A stretch of DNA of 64,000 nt from Candidatus Micrarchaeota archaeon (GTDB lineage Archaea; Micrarchaeota; Micrarchaeia; Anstonellales; Bilamarchaeaceae), in the NCBI GenBank assembly GCA_038046765.1, contig JBBSVN010000012.1, forward strand, positions 57,025 through 121,024. Direction: 5' to 3'. Every line of letters starts with the position of its first letter. Position 1 is the first letter of the stretch. This document shows, piece by piece, positions 9,686 to 18,143 of the stretch. The notes beneath the pieces are model-generated. The model saw only the letters and a program-made list of their open reading frames with translations. It made no database searches and was not told the DNA's origin. The translations under genes were made by a program, and so were the position numbers.

Positions 9686-9846
9686 TTTAAGGAAATTTTA
9701 TCCCAAGTCAACTAAAAAGTCCAGTGAACGACTATTCGTTTACTAGATCGTTCAAAACTTTGTTTTTGAATCTCGACTTGATCTATTCAAAACCAACTAG
9801 AGAAACTTATAAATGTGCGATCGGTATTACTTATTTGGTTTTGAAT

Positions 9847-10365
9847 ATGAACGAGAAATTTAAGGGAATTTTAGAAATCACATTTGCTGTTGTAATCGTT
9901 TTATTAACTTTCTTTTTCAAAGACCAGATTATACAATTAGGCGATTATGGTTACCTTGGTGTTTTCCTAATCTCACTTCTAAGTTCTGCAACAATTCTTT
10001 TGCCAGCACCAGGTTGGGCAGTTGTATTTGCTTTAGGCAGGAGCCTTGACCCATTTTACCTAGCTTTATTCGCTGGTCTTGGTTCTGGTATCGGTGAACT
10101 TACTGCATATTTTGCAGGAAATGGAATTCAAAGTATAATTAAAAATAAACACCTGGAACAAATAAAACAATTTATTAAAAACTACGATATTTACGCAATT
10201 CTGATTCTTAGTTTTATTCCAAATCCTTTTTTTGATATTGCTGGTATTTTGGCAGGCAGTATGCGTATTAATCCATTAAAATTTGTTCTTGTTTGTATTG
10301 TCGGCAGGATTCTTCGCTTTTTACTGCTAGCCTACTTCGGATTCCTAACCATTCGTTTTTTATAA
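9847..10365 (+). CDS. DedA/VTT (SNARE-associated) family membrane protein
   Basis: GYLGVFLISLL..LPAPG, GELTAYFAG, FIPNPFFDIAGILAG, GRILRF motifs. Confidence 0.85.
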   Translation: MNEKFKGILEITFAVVIVLLTFFFKDQIIQLGDYGYLGVFLISLLSSATILLPAPGWAVVFALGRSLDPFYLALFAGLGSGIGELTAYFAGNGIQSIIKNKHLEQIKQFIKNYDIYAILILSFIPNPFFDIAGILAGSMRINPLKFVLVCIVGRILRFLLLAYFGFLTIRFL

Positions 10366-10386
10366 CTTTTTGGTATAATCAAAGCT

Positions 10387-11103
10387 ATGAAAACATTTTA
10401 TTTCGCTTTACTCGTGTTAGTAATTTTTGCAATGTTCGGTTGCATCCGTAATAATGATCAAATTAAGATCGAGCAAGTAGTTGTTGCATCAAATAATTCT
10501 TCTCTTGAGGCTCTTAATGACACTCAAAACGATTCTACTACGAATACTCCTCTTTATCAGGTGAATGTTGGTCTTCCGATACCTCCAAATGTATCTGGTA
10601 ATACAACTATAAATACAAATGAAACTACCAATAACAAGACTAACAATCTTACTAATACGACTACTTATCCAAATCTACCTTCTCCACCTTGCGTAGATAG
10701 CGATGGTGCTAATATTTCTAGTTCTGGATCTGTTACTTTCCAGGGAAAAACATTTTATGATTTATGCACGGGTCAGGAAAATGTGAAGGAGTATACCTGC
10801 ACTAATAATACGCTCGATAATTACATTACTCAGTGTCCATTCAATTACGAATGCAACCTTGGCGCATGTTCGCTCGTAAAACAAACCTGCACAGATAGCG
10901 ATGGCGGGAAAGACGATCGCATAAGCGGTACGATAACAATAAAAGACTCATCTGGCAGGTTGCTTAAAACTACAGATAAATGTAGCGGCATATACGATGT
11001 TCAGGAGTTTTATTGTAATGGTAATCAACTAGCTTATATAGTTACTCCTTGTACTGGAAACTATACGTGCAATGTTGATTCTGGCGCTTGTGATTTTAAG
11101 TAA
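10387..11103 (+). CDS. Secreted/lipid-anchored surface protein with two Cys-rich CxDSDG repeats
   Basis: Signal peptide ending MFGC; N/T-rich linker with many NxS/T sequons; repeats CVDSDG..EYTC..C..C..GAC and CTDSDG..EFYC..C..C..GAC. Confidence 0.75.
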   Translation: MKTFYFALLVLVIFAMFGCIRNNDQIKIEQVVVASNNSSLEALNDTQNDSTTNTPLYQVNVGLPIPPNVSGNTTINTNETTNNKTNNLTNTTTYPNLPSPPCVDSDGANISSSGSVTFQGKTFYDLCTGQENVKEYTCTNNTLDNYITQCPFNYECNLGACSLVKQTCTDSDGGKDDRISGTITIKDSSGRLLKTTDKCSGIYDVQEFYCNGNQLAYIVTPCTGNYTCNVDSGACDFK

Positions 11104-11126
11104 TTGTTTATTGTTCTTATCGTTAA

Positions 11127-12038
11127 ATGGTTACTCTTATGCCAAAATTCGATTTTATTGATGTAGTTACAAAAGATAAACTACTTCTACCCGCATTAGT
11201 CTTTGAGCCAACAAGTTCTACTAAACGGACTGCGTTAATTTATGTTCATGGCTTGGGGGGAGATTTTTACAGCAACAGCGAAAAAGCAAATGCGTTTGCA
11301 GAAGAATGCAATAAATATGGATTTGCTTTCCTTACCTTTAATAATCGCGGTTCGGGATACGATGCTGCAGTTAAAAAATTAGATTCTAAAACAGATAAAG
11401 GTTTTGTTAGGGTAGCTGCCGGAAGAACTTACGAAAAATTCTCTGATTGCGTTTATGACATTGGTGCGGTTATTAGTCAGGCAAAGAAACGTGGATACAA
11501 TAAAATAATTCTAATTGGCCACAGTACGGGGGCGAATAAAGTCATTTATTATTTATACAAAAATCAAAATCAAAAAAATATTGTGGCATCAGTCCTTACC
11601 GGAGCTTTAAGCGATGTCCCAATACAAAGGAAACTTTCTGGAAAAAGCTATCCAAAAATTCTGGCTCTTGCAAAAATGCTTTATAAAAAAGGCAAAGGAA
11701 GCGTACTTCTGCCAGAAGGCAGTAGTGATTCTCCAATTACTGCACAGCGTTTTCTAAGCCTATGTGTTGAAAAAAGCGAAGAGGATGTTTTCCAGTATTA
11801 TTTACAAAACCCAGCATTTACCCAGTTAAAAAGTCTCAAAATTCCTGCTCTTTTTATAATTGGAGAAAAGGACGAGTATGCAACAACCAAACCGAATCAA
11901 ATATTGAAAACTTATTCTAAACTAAAGAGTAATTTCGAAACTGTCCTGATTAAAGGATCATTACATTCTTTTAATAAAATGGAGAAAAAACTCGCAAAAA
12001 TTGTATGTACTTGGATCAATAAAAAAGTTACACTCTAA
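11127..12038 (+). CDS. Alpha/beta hydrolase (DUF1749-like)
   Basis: VHGLGG, nucleophile elbow GHSTG, GEKDE (Asp), GSLHSF (His). Confidence 0.85.
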   Translation: MVTLMPKFDFIDVVTKDKLLLPALVFEPTSSTKRTALIYVHGLGGDFYSNSEKANAFAEECNKYGFAFLTFNNRGSGYDAAVKKLDSKTDKGFVRVAAGRTYEKFSDCVYDIGAVISQAKKRGYNKIILIGHSTGANKVIYYLYKNQNQKNIVASVLTGALSDVPIQRKLSGKSYPKILALAKMLYKKGKGSVLLPEGSSDSPITAQRFLSLCVEKSEEDVFQYYLQNPAFTQLKSLKIPALFIIGEKDEYATTKPNQILKTYSKLKSNFETVLIKGSLHSFNKMEKKLAKIVCTWINKKVTL

Positions 12039-12039
12039 G

Positions 12040-13398
12040 TTAAATCAGCCTTATTTCTTTATTTTCCTTATCAAGTTGCATTAAACTAACTGTTGCACCA
12101 TTTTTAGTTGCTTTTTTTATTGCAGGGTTTTGACACAGAACTTGCTTTAAGAAATTTAAAACTTCTGGATCAGAATGTACAATCACAATATGTCCCGTAC
12201 TTTTAACACAATTAACAGAAGCAAGTGCATATTCAATGCTTCCAAGTGCTTCTTCGCTTAATTCTGCGTTTTTCAAACTAACCGCGAATAACTCGTTTAA
12301 ATCTGCACCAAAGAACGTGCGGCCATTTGTTACATTGCCTAAATCTTTTGGATCGCTTAAAATTATCGCGTGAGCATACTGTTCTGCAAAAGTTTTTCCT
12401 GCAATTTTAGCGTGCATGATCGCGATTCGCACTTCGGATGTGGTTTCTGAAACAAAATCAGATAATTCTCTTGTTTTAGAATAAGTAAGTCCTAAATCAG
12501 TTGTATTAAATCCGATTACTCCCGCATATACTTTTATTTTTCTTTCTCTTACAATATCTAAATTAGCTAATACTTCTCTTTGATATTCTGTGTTATTGAT
12601 AAATATGTTGGGGTGACCAGAGCCTTTTATGTGGATTCGATCTAATAACCTATCAATGCTTTGGCTTTTTCCGCGGTGTTTATGTTCGTCTTTTTTAACT
12701 AAGCATGCTCCGCAACCAATGTGGCCAATAACAAAAATTTCGCCATTTTCCTTAAGTTTGTCTATTACTGCACGTACTTCATCAGTTACTGCATTTCCCG
12801 CAATCTGTACAGTTGCTATGTGTTTACCCTCATAATGCCTAAGAGACGTAGCCTCACACCTGGAATCAGAACACATTAATACAACTGCGTCATACTCTTT
12901 AGGTGTTTTTACTAAAGTACGTTCAAGTGCTCCTTTAGCTCCTGCAATTAAAATTTCTCTTGACGCTTTGATGTCAAGGAGTCCTTGTTTTGCTATTATT
13001 CTTTTTAAGTCATCTATATAAAACGGATTTTTTCTGCTTTCTCTTACTGAATCTGGAATAAGTAATCTTTCACTTCGAGTAAAACTTCTTGGTCGTGCTA
13101 CTTCTTTATCTGTTTTTCTTGGGTCTTCTCTATGCTCTACTCCTCTTAATTTTTGTAACGAAAGAATAATATTTTCTGCATCTTTTAATCTTTTTTTAGC
13201 CGTTTTGTCCTTTTTGTTTTGAATCAGTTTTTCCTTAATCTTTTCTATATTGGCAACATTGAATTTCCGATCTCCAAGAATTAGCGTAGCTTCAGGAAAA
13301 TTCTGCTTATTTAAGTCTAAGCAAAAATCAATTAATTCCTGGTGAAGCATAGGATCGGTAATCTGAATATTTTTTAACTTCAAGTCCGGACACTTCAA
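12040..13398 (-). CDS. Tandem-domain beta-carbonic anhydrase-like protein (domain 1 intact, domain 2 degenerate)
   Basis: Domain 1 has CSDSR, IAGN and GHIGCGA (all three Zn ligands plus the Asp-Arg dyad). Domain 2 has HAIILSDP..ELFAV..ALGSIEYAL..HIVIVH without Cys ligands. About 150 aa N-terminal extension; TTG start after GGCGA. Confidence 0.8.
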   Translation of the reverse strand: MKCPDLKLKNIQITDPMLHQELIDFCLDLNKQNFPEATLILGDRKFNVANIEKIKEKLIQNKKDKTAKKRLKDAENIILSLQKLRGVEHREDPRKTDKEVARPRSFTRSERLLIPDSVRESRKNPFYIDDLKRIIAKQGLLDIKASREILIAGAKGALERTLVKTPKEYDAVVLMCSDSRCEATSLRHYEGKHIATVQIAGNAVTDEVRAVIDKLKENGEIFVIGHIGCGACLVKKDEHKHRGKSQSIDRLLDRIHIKGSGHPNIFINNTEYQREVLANLDIVRERKIKVYAGVIGFNTTDLGLTYSKTRELSDFVSETTSEVRIAIMHAKIAGKTFAEQYAHAIILSDPKDLGNVTNGRTFFGADLNELFAVSLKNAELSEEALGSIEYALASVNCVKSTGHIVIVHSDPEVLNFLKQVLCQNPAIKKATKNGATVSLMQLDKENKEIRLI

Positions 13399-13447
13399 TA
13401 CATCGCCTAATTCTATGTCTTTTTTTATGTTTTAAAAACTTATAAAA

Positions 13448-14458
13448 CTATGCTAGAATAAAAGTTTGGCCATTCATCTTGTTGAACTTCATCAGGGTAA
13501 TTAGTTTTCCATTTTGGCTCTTTTCTTTTATTATTTTACTTTCAAGAATCTGTTTTTTTAATTCCTTAACTGTATCACTATCTGTATGAAGTATCATTAT
13601 ATGTGGTGAGTCCTTAACTCCATGAACCTTTAATAGTGCATCTTCTATTGCTGCAATTGATACTGTAGCTATTTTCTTACCAAAGTTACTCACGCATATA
13701 ATTTCGTTTAAATTTCCGTCAAAGATTATTCTGGGGTTGTTTACTAAACCTAGGTCTAGTGGGTCGCTTAAAATAATTGTATGTGCATATGCTGCATTCA
13801 AATTTACTCCCTGGTTTTTAGCCTTTGTTAATCTGCTGCTTAAACTTCTTTTTAATCCGTTTATACTGTTGCTTGGTTTACCATCTTTTAGAAATCGTAT
13901 TGGTTCAAGACTATTTGTAAAATCTGCAAGTACTGGTATTATTGCTGCTTTTTTAGATATTAAAATTTCGTTGTGTTTTAATTTTTCTACCTGGTTTATT
14001 GCATTTGCAGAGTATATATCTTTTGCAAAACTATCCTTTTTACCAATTTCCACGTGACTAATTAAATTATCTATGCTGTTACTAATTCCTCGGTTATTGC
14101 TTTCCTGTGCTTTTAAATCACATTCATAGCACATTAGCGATCCGCAGACAATTACTTCTCCATCTTGTTTTATTCTGATAAATCCGTTATCCAAATCATC
14201 TGTTACTATCTGCCCTGCAGTTTGTATGTTTAAAATTTTTTGTTCTAGGTAATCTGTTAGAATTGTTGGATCAGTGCGTGGTCCAGTTGATGAAACTAAA
14301 ACTAAATCATATTCCGCCGGTTTAGCCAAGTTCGCTTTCTTTTGGGTTATTTGCCTTACAAATGCTGCGTTTCCTGCAATTAACAAATCAAGCGATTCTT
14401 TTACTAAAATTGGTTGCTGCGTTTGTACTTTCTTCATTACGACATCGAGTAATACCAT
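13448..14458 (-). CDS. Tandem-domain beta-carbonic anhydrase paralog with degenerate Zn site
   Basis: Collinear with 12040-13398 (LIAGNAAF; TAGQ; AYAHTIILSDPLDLG). CSDSR is replaced by STGPR and GHIGCGAC by GSLMCYEC. ATG 14458 follows GAGGTG. Confidence 0.7.
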   Translation of the reverse strand: MVLLDVVMKKVQTQQPILVKESLDLLIAGNAAFVRQITQKKANLAKPAEYDLVLVSSTGPRTDPTILTDYLEQKILNIQTAGQIVTDDLDNGFIRIKQDGEVIVCGSLMCYECDLKAQESNNRGISNSIDNLISHVEIGKKDSFAKDIYSANAINQVEKLKHNEILISKKAAIIPVLADFTNSLEPIRFLKDGKPSNSINGLKRSLSSRLTKAKNQGVNLNAAYAHTIILSDPLDLGLVNNPRIIFDGNLNEIICVSNFGKKIATVSIAAIEDALLKVHGVKDSPHIMILHTDSDTVKELKKQILESKIIKEKSQNGKLITLMKFNKMNGQTFILA

Positions 14459-14559
14459 CGAACGCACCTCTGGTGGATAATTAGTACTTTATAGTAATAG
14501 CTTATGCTAGTAAAGAATTAAAAAAAGGAAAGATTAAATTATTTGAAAAATATTTAAAA

Positions 14560-15102
14560 TTATTTTCTCATTTTCTTGGATTTTTCCTCTAAGATCATTC
14601 CCGCTTTAAGAAGTCCTGCCAGAAGTTGATACGGGTTAGGTGGGTTTCCAGGTACATTTACATCAACTGGTACAGTATCTTCAACTTTTCCGCTTCCAGC
14701 TAATGCATAACTACCTTGATATGGAAAACCCGTAACTGCACCATCTCCTGCTGCGACAACTACGCGCGGGTCTGCCATCGCATCATAACTTTTCTCAAGT
14801 GCAAGTTTCATATTCATTGTAACTGGACCTGTAACAATAATTACATCTGCATGCCTTGGCGAGGCTACATAGTGGATTCCAAATCTTTCTGCATCTACAC
14901 GCGGGTTCATCATCATCTGTTCTTCAAGTTCGACATCGTTTGGCGAACCAGCGTCAACCATTCTAACGTGTATTGACTGCGCAAAAGGGTTAAGACTGCG
15001 TTTTTTAAGTAGTTCTGCAACCTCTCTAATATCTGGGTCATCTGAATTAGGATCTATACGGTCCGGATATTTTTCAAAAAGGAATTTGAATATTTCAAAC
15101 AT
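14560..15102 (-). CDS. NuoB/HycG/HyfI-like small subunit of an Ehr-type complex, lacking all Fe-S cysteines
   Basis: ERFGIHYVASPRHADVIIVTGPVT and VPVDVNVPG are diagnostic; ligand positions read GSPNDV, GDGA and PGNPP; there is no Cys in the protein. Confidence 0.9.
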   Translation of the reverse strand: MFEIFKFLFEKYPDRIDPNSDDPDIREVAELLKKRSLNPFAQSIHVRMVDAGSPNDVELEEQMMMNPRVDAERFGIHYVASPRHADVIIVTGPVTMNMKLALEKSYDAMADPRVVVAAGDGAVTGFPYQGSYALAGSGKVEDTVPVDVNVPGNPPNPYQLLAGLLKAGMILEEKSKKMRK

Positions 15103-15111
15103 ATTTACACC

Positions 15112-16668
15112 TCACAAATCAGTACCTGCGTAAGACATATTAAAGCTTTTATTTATAAGCGGGAAATCTGGCACAATATTTCCAGGAACTAAATTTTCCG
15201 CGCCACGCCAGTTACGAAAAGATGCTGTCCTGCATCTAAAACTTTTTATTGTTCCATTATCCATTAGTTCAATCATGAATGTACAAGAACCTCTTGGTGC
15301 CTCTGCCCATCCTAAGCTCCATACACTTTTACGCGATTTTGAAACTGGTACTGGTGCAAGAATCTCGCCATTAGGCATCTTGGCAATTACTGTCTTTATG
15401 ATTTCAACTGCTTGTTTTACTTCTGCAATTTTTACTAGGAACCTGCATAATACGTCTCCTCCCTCTTCCTTCTGTTCGCTAAACTTGACCTTATCATAAA
15501 ATTCGTAAGGGAAGTATTTTCTTACATCGCAGCTATATCCTGCTGCACGAGCGACAGGTCCAACTAAAGATAATTTTTGCGCAACCTCTGTTGTAACTAT
15601 TCCTGTTGAATAAACCCGATCAAGATATGTTGAGTTTGTCAATGTAACTGTTTCAAGTGTGTTTAATCTATTGACAAAGTTGTCAAGTTCGCTAACTAAA
15701 ACACTAATTTTAGTCTCATCTAAGTCTGCTTTTACCCCTCCTGGTGTACAAACTCCCCCTAAGAACCTATGGCCAGTTATTTTATTATTAAGGCGCATCA
15801 TATCCTCGCGCAAAACGGCGAATCTAGATGCTGCGAAATAAAATCCGACATCTGTTGGCATTCCGCCTAAATCCGATAAATGACTGTATATTCTTTCAAG
15901 TTCAGCTAAGATCACTCTTATTGCCTGCGCTCGTTCTGGAACTTTTATATCTAGCGCTTTTTCTACCGCTGTACAATAGCCGATCATATTCGCAATTCGT
16001 TCATCTCCTGAAATCGATTCTATAAGTGGTATTGCTTCGGTTATATTTTTTCCTTCAACTAGTTTCTCAACCCCCCGATGAAGGTAGAACATTCTTGTTT
16101 CAAGTTTGTTTATTGATTCCCCGACCACGCTGAATCTAAAATGTCCTGGTTCGATTATACCTGCGTGAACTGGGCCAACTGGAATCTGGAATTCACCTTC
16201 GGCACCCGTCATCGGCATTTCGTAAACGTAATCTGCATTTTTACCCAATCTTTTCTTCTGACCTTCTATATTTTCTAATCCGCCATCAGGATGGAAAAGT
16301 ATTGGACGTGAATCTGGAATGTTATCAAATCTAAGTCCGCTTAAATCCTGCATTTTCCTCTCATCCCATACTGCTGCGTTAACAACTGCAGAAACTGCAT
16401 AAAATTCCTTGCCTTCTGCATATAATACTGCGAATGTTTCAAGAGCTGGCACACGAAAAACATATGATGCCTGAAAGTTTCCTTTTTCTAAATCACTTAT
16501 AAATGAGCTATCGAATAATGCATTCTCTTTAATCATTTTTTCACTTAAACCTGGCAAATCTTTGGAATTACATTTTATCCAGACTATTCCTGATTGTTCA
16601 ACAGAAGAAATTTTTGCATTAGCAGATGACTCAAGCTGTTTTAAGAATTTTTCTAATTTAGAATCCAT
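15112..16668 (-). CDS. NuoCD/HycE/HyfG-like large subunit without NiFe ligands (EhrL type)
   Basis: WDERKMQDL, GPVHAGIIEPGHFRF, HRGVEK, ELERIYSH, EAPRG; L1 position reads ESISGDE (no CxxC) and L2 position reads SFNMSYAGTDL (no DPCxxC). Confidence 0.92.
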   Translation of the reverse strand: MDSKLEKFLKQLESSANAKISSVEQSGIVWIKCNSKDLPGLSEKMIKENALFDSSFISDLEKGNFQASYVFRVPALETFAVLYAEGKEFYAVSAVVNAAVWDERKMQDLSGLRFDNIPDSRPILFHPDGGLENIEGQKKRLGKNADYVYEMPMTGAEGEFQIPVGPVHAGIIEPGHFRFSVVGESINKLETRMFYLHRGVEKLVEGKNITEAIPLIESISGDERIANMIGYCTAVEKALDIKVPERAQAIRVILAELERIYSHLSDLGGMPTDVGFYFAASRFAVLREDMMRLNNKITGHRFLGGVCTPGGVKADLDETKISVLVSELDNFVNRLNTLETVTLTNSTYLDRVYSTGIVTTEVAQKLSLVGPVARAAGYSCDVRKYFPYEFYDKVKFSEQKEEGGDVLCRFLVKIAEVKQAVEIIKTVIAKMPNGEILAPVPVSKSRKSVWSLGWAEAPRGSCTFMIELMDNGTIKSFRCRTASFRNWRGAENLVPGNIVPDFPLINKSFNMSYAGTDL

Positions 16669-16670
16669 AT

Positions 16671-18143
16671 TTAAACACCCCCGATTAAACTACCTGCATC
16701 TTTTATTAAATTAAGAACTGGTGCTGGAGGGAACAATGCTAATGCTATTGCAAGAAGCAAAAGCGCAATCACTGAAAATGACATGTAAGGACTTACTTCT
16801 ATATGTTTTGGCATTTTTTCCGGCTTATTACCAAAGACCATATCTGAAGCTTTGTAGAGGAAACTTGCAAATGCAATTACTGTAAATACGATTACAAAAA
16901 GAGCAACTAGGTATTGTCCCTTTGATAATGCGCCTCCTAGAAGTGCAATTTCAGAAAAGAACGTACCAAATGGGATACTTCCAGCCACTCCTAAAACAGC
17001 TAGTAAAAATAAAAGTCCAAAAACAGGTACTGCGCTTGCAGCTCCCTTTATATCTGGCATATTTTTAGTGCCATATGCATTTGTTATAATTCCACCTAAA
17101 AGAAATGCTAATGGTTTAGCTAAAGAATGAGCAAGCATATGGAATAATGCTGCAAAAATTGCTATTGGTCCACCAATTCCAGTAGCTAGTACAATAATTC
17201 CCATATTCTCTACGCTTGAATATGCTAAAAGTCGCTTAAGGTTATCTTGTGCAAAAAGACGAAGCGCGCCTACAACTAGGGAAAGCACGCCAAATAGTAT
17301 AAATAATCCTGACGCAAAACCTGCAATTTCTGGTGACAAGATTACAATTCCATATACTCTTAATATTCCATAAAGGGCTATATTTAATATAAGTCCGGAT
17401 AGTAAAGCACTAACTGGAGTTGGTGCCTGACTGTGCGCATCTGGAAGCCACACATGCAACGGTACAAGACCAACCTTTGTCCCGTATCCAACTAAAACGA
17501 ATACGAATGCAAGTTTAAGGTATAGTGGGTTTATTTTGGTAATATCAAACGGTGTTCCGTAAACTGGGGTTTCTAAACCTCCCTGTGCAAATGCATAAAA
17601 TAAAACAAGAATTCCAATAAATGCCAGTGTAAATCCAACAGAATTTATTGTAAAGTATTTCCATGCTGCTTCTATTGAAGCTTTGGTGTTGTAAAAACTT
17701 ATCAAAAACACTGATGAGAGTGTTGTAAGTTCAACTGCTGCCCAAACGTGAATTGGGTTTGATGCTAAAAGTCCAGTTAGCATTGCAGCTAAAAACAGGG
17801 AAAGCTGTGCATAAAATCTTGCGAGCCTGTCTTCTTTAATTATTCCTTCTTCTACTTCATGGCGCATATATCCTACAGAGTAAATAAATACCAGTAGTGA
17901 AACAACTGATGTAATTCCTATTAAAAATGCTGATAATGCATCCATTCTAAGTAGTTCTGAGAAATCTGAAATCGGTGCCCCGCTACTTATGAAAATTGAT
18001 ATTGAAAATAGTGCTGCACCAACTGCTCCAAGAGCGCCTAAACATGCAACTAATTCTGCAAGTCGCGGGTGTTTACCTAAAAATACAGCAATTATTCCTG
18101 CAATTACCGGGAAAAGAATAATTAATTCAAGCATAAATATCAC
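16671..18143 (-). CDS. hyfF: Proton-translocating antiporter-like subunit (HyfF/NuoN-like)
   Basis: WAAVELTT, EAAWKY, GTKVGLVPLHVWLPDAHSQAP, KRLLAYSSVEN, PFGTFFSE. Confidence 0.88.
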   Translation of the reverse strand: MIFMLELIILFPVIAGIIAVFLGKHPRLAELVACLGALGAVGAALFSISIFISSGAPISDFSELLRMDALSAFLIGITSVVSLLVFIYSVGYMRHEVEEGIIKEDRLARFYAQLSLFLAAMLTGLLASNPIHVWAAVELTTLSSVFLISFYNTKASIEAAWKYFTINSVGFTLAFIGILVLFYAFAQGGLETPVYGTPFDITKINPLYLKLAFVFVLVGYGTKVGLVPLHVWLPDAHSQAPTPVSALLSGLILNIALYGILRVYGIVILSPEIAGFASGLFILFGVLSLVVGALRLFAQDNLKRLLAYSSVENMGIIVLATGIGGPIAIFAALFHMLAHSLAKPLAFLLGGIITNAYGTKNMPDIKGAASAVPVFGLLFLLAVLGVAGSIPFGTFFSEIALLGGALSKGQYLVALFVIVFTVIAFASFLYKASDMVFGNKPEKMPKHIEVSPYMSFSVIALLLLAIALALFPPAPVLNLIKDAGSLIGGV

